Shown here: positions 17,218 through 19,323 of the stretch, in pieces
How the letters are laid out: every line of letters starts with the position of its first letter
Position numbering within the stretch: the first letter of the stretch is position 1
Assembly: GCA_905250115.1 (NCBI GenBank)
Contig: CAJNOI010000004.1
Coordinates: 272,871 to 292,193 of the forward strand
Direction of reading: 5' to 3'
Origin: Adineta steineri
Taxonomy: Eukaryota
DNA: 19,323 nt
Notes under the pieces: model-generated
Databases searched by the model: none
What the model was told of the DNA's origin: nothing
The model's input: only the letters and a program-made list of their open reading frames with translations
Made by a program: the position numbers and the translations under genes

Positions 17218-19323
17218 ATGACATTTCAACAGTGTCGATATGGAGGTAAAATTGTGGACATACCTGTTCGATATATAAACAAGAATAGATATTTGTCCTT
17301 ACAAGACGTTCATGATTATTTTGTTGGTATTCGAAGATTTACACTGAAAGAAGAATTAATACCATTCATGGAAAACAATGATACTAGTCTTATTTATCCA
17401 CAACGAATTCCAGCTTCTACTCAAGATATTATTGATTGTCATACATCGACGTCTGCAGACGAAGCTGCCTCGCCAAACATTTCAGATACGATTTTGAAGA
17501 ATACTGAAATTATCATTACAAAAATTGATGCCACTCGACGTCTAATATTTGAACTAGCAGAATATCCCATACCCTATCTTTTTATCGTACTACCAGAAGA
17601 AACATTTTACAATCCTTCAAAGTGGATTTATCATACATATCGTTTGTATTTTGTATGTGACTGCGAAAAAGAGAATGAACGTCATCTTGCTCTGCATGAC
17701 GGATATAAAATAAACGAACCAAGTGAATTCTTTTGTAGATATGGATCCTATCTTCGTCACATATTAACAGCAATGAAACGTGTGGCAAGCATCGGAAGCA
17801 TCATTGTTCCACAACTATCATCAATCAATATGGGATTATCTAATTTTACCGCTCTACAAAAAAAGGAATTTTGCAATACTATTACTGATAAATTAGAGCG
17901 AGCTGATGAGATTTTGACAAAAGCTCAAGAAAGTCTGAATATTTCAACAGAAGCAACGATTCAAGACGTAGACGGTGCTGAACTACGACAAATTCGAAGG
18001 TATTTGGAAAAAGTGGATAATTATAATACGTTAGGAAATTTACATCGTTCTATGACCTCTGATGGTCGTGTTCGATGGGTGTGTGTTAAACATCGCAATA
18101 TACCATGTTCAAATGTTAATATCCAACAATTACGAGAAGATTTCGAAGAATTAGGTGGAAAAATAATAGACAATGTTGCTTTGGTGCAGGAGCTACACGA
18201 AAATAAGTTCGAGAATTTCATCGAACTGTTACATCAAGGATTACCATTCAGTACAATAAGATTGGAAAACTTAACATTAACAAAAGATTTATTCTCAAAA
18301 TTTCTCAATGTCATCTCAATGAAAAATAAGATTGATAAGCTTGAATTGGAAAACATTTTCTTAACAAATTATCTAAGAGATATATCAACACGAGACATAA
18401 TTTCACAGCTCAATGATGCAGTAAAAAGCGATGAAAGCCTTATCATTGAATATACATTTACAAGACCATTGGAAAAATTTCAATCAAAATTATTTAATGC
18501 TATCAAAGAAACAAATTCACGATTGATATTCAAAATTCGACCAGCAGAAGTAACATCTTCACTGGAATTAGCTGGAATAAATGAAGCTGGATTTATTCTA
18601 TCTATAAAAAGGGATAACGAAACTGATGCAGTCAAATATTTGTCAGCCATTAACAGTATTTTTAAAGAATTGAAGATATCGACACTTCATCTACACAATG
18701 CAATTCGTTCCGAAAATCTGTGGAATACTATCCATCAATTGGTTTTTGATAGTCAAAATCTAGAAGAATTGATTATGGACTGTCCTCCAACATCAAACAA
18801 AATTCAGGAATGGATCGTTCCTCTTTGTCAAAATAAAAGGTTAAAAAGATTGCATATAATGAATGGACCAAAACAAGCGAATGTTTGTGAAGAAATTTTT
18901 CAAAAGTTGGAAGATAAAAACACTTTGGAAAAATTTTCTCTCACGTCTTCTACTTATCATCTTCAACTTGATTTTATTTCTGCATCATCAGGAAGCAGTG
19001 ATTCAATGTTAACCAGAACTGCTAATTGCTGTACCAATAAAGATAGTGGTATTATAATTATTAAGAAGTTTCTTCAAATCATACCAGTTCATCATCTGTC
19101 ATTAGACTTCGCGGATATCAATTATGAAACATCACTCAAAGAATTATCCGAGACTATTAATCAACTATCGTCATTAAAAATTGTTGAACTCCAGAGCAAA
19201 ACTAGCTGTGCAGTTTTTCATCGAGAAAAACGGATTCTCAACAAGGAAAGTAACGTACTTGAATCTGAGTTGCCCCGTGCACTTGAATCTGAGTTGCCCC
19301 GTGCACTTGAATCTGAGTTGCCC
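17218..19323 (+). CDS. Large protein of unknown function, N-terminal conserved-looking module plus LRR-like C-terminal region; 3' end truncated by the window
   Basis: Frame open for 702 codons with no stop: MTFQQCRYGGKIVDIPVRYINKNRYLSLQDVHDYFVGIRRFTLKEELIPFM... ELAEYPIPYLFIVLPEETFYNPSKWIYHTYRLYFVCDCEKENERHLALHDGYKINEPSEFFCRYGSYLRHILTAMK... DGAELRQIRRYLEKVDNYNTLGNLHRSMTSDGRVRWVCVKHR... LRR-like IKTLHLHNAIR/QNLEELIMD/KRLKRLHIMNG-type segments. No internal stop; at 18157 the run GGAAAAATAATAG reads GGA AAA ATA ATA G.., confirmed by the supplied antisense ORF translation. Confidence 0.85.
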   Translation, partial: MTFQQCRYGGKIVDIPVRYINKNRYLSLQDVHDYFVGIRRFTLKEELIPFMENNDTSLIYPQRIPASTQDIIDCHTSTSADEAASPNISDTILKNTEIIITKIDATRRLIFELAEYPIPYLFIVLPEETFYNPSKWIYHTYRLYFVCDCEKENERHLALHDGYKINEPSEFFCRYGSYLRHILTAMKRVASIGSIIVPQLSSINMGLSNFTALQKKEFCNTITDKLERADEILTKAQESLNISTEATIQDVDGAELRQIRRYLEKVDNYNTLGNLHRSMTSDGRVRWVCVKHRNIPCSNVNIQQLREDFEELGGKIIDNVALVQELHENKFENFIELLHQGLPFSTIRLENLTLTKDLFSKFLNVISMKNKIDKLELENIFLTNYLRDISTRDIISQLNDAVKSDESLIIEYTFTRPLEKFQSKLFNAIKETNSRLIFKIRPAEVTSSLELAGINEAGFILSIKRDNETDAVKYLSAINSIFKELKISTLHLHNAIRSENLWNTIHQLVFDSQNLEELIMDCPPTSNKIQEWIVPLCQNKRLKRLHIMNGPKQANVCEEIFQKLEDKNTLEKFSLTSSTYHLQLDFISASSGSSDSMLTRTANCCTNKDSGIIIIKKFLQIIPVHHLSLDFADINYETSLKELSETINQLSSLKIVELQSKTSCAVFHREKRILNKESNVLESELPRALESELPRALESELP
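19258..19323 (+). repeat. In-frame 24-bp tandem repeat CTTGAATCTGAGTTGCCCCGTGCA (LESELPRA), 2.75 copies, continuing to the window edge
   Basis: Copies at 19258, 19282 and 19306 (partial), identical where both are present. Confidence 0.95.

Noticed and set aside
18151-18170. Apparent TAA TAG double stop splitting the long ORF (GGTGGAAAA TAATAG)
   Set aside because: This depends on counting the A-run. The supplied antisense ORF 18021..18221 translation (...TKATLSIIFPPNSS...) requires GGTGGAAAAATAATAGAC, i.e. five As, which keeps the frame open (GGA AAA ATA ATA GAC). A 1-nt error here would change the gene model, so it is worth a read-level check.
19258-19323. CRISPR-like array
   Set aside because: Repeats are contiguous without spacers, in frame and inside a eukaryotic coding sequence.

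Overview
This is eukaryotic, AT-rich, intron-bearing DNA. Gene content and style (55-150 bp GT-AG introns, an expanded-type F-box/LRR-like gene, a WWE + arginine-type ADP-ribosyltransferase gene, TGTGGG-like motifs) suggest a bdelloid rotifer, but that is inference. I support four well-formed genes. (1) A 6-exon, secreted, papain-family (cathepsin L-like) cysteine protease at 465..1894. (2) A single-exon F-box/LRR-like protein at 2367(or 2490)..4220. (3) A 2-exon, four-TM TMEM272-like protein at 8039..~8880 with a likely frameshift near its 3' end. (4) A WWE-ART (R-S-EEE) gene at 12159..13232. The longest frame, missing from the supplied ORF track, runs from ATG 17218 off the right edge (>=702 codons). 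It encodes a large conserved-looking protein with an LRR-like C-terminal half and an in-frame 24-bp repeat (LESELPRA) at the window edge. Non-coding structure includes: a complete 466-bp non-autonomous hAT-like element (13524..13989) with an 8-bp TSD and an interior made of GCTCGG-type minisatellite in two opposed arms; a family of about nine short GT-rich/CA-rich foldback elements resembling interstitial telomere-like repeats, two of them at or just after stop codons; a direct duplication of a ~425-455 bp promoter-like segment (1..425 and 16528..16984) upstream of two unrelated genes; a ~110-bp tandem repeat near 6.9-7.1 kb; and a degenerate AGGATTC/TCAAG motif field at 11.15-11.78 kb. No rRNA, tRNA or CRISPR array was recognised.
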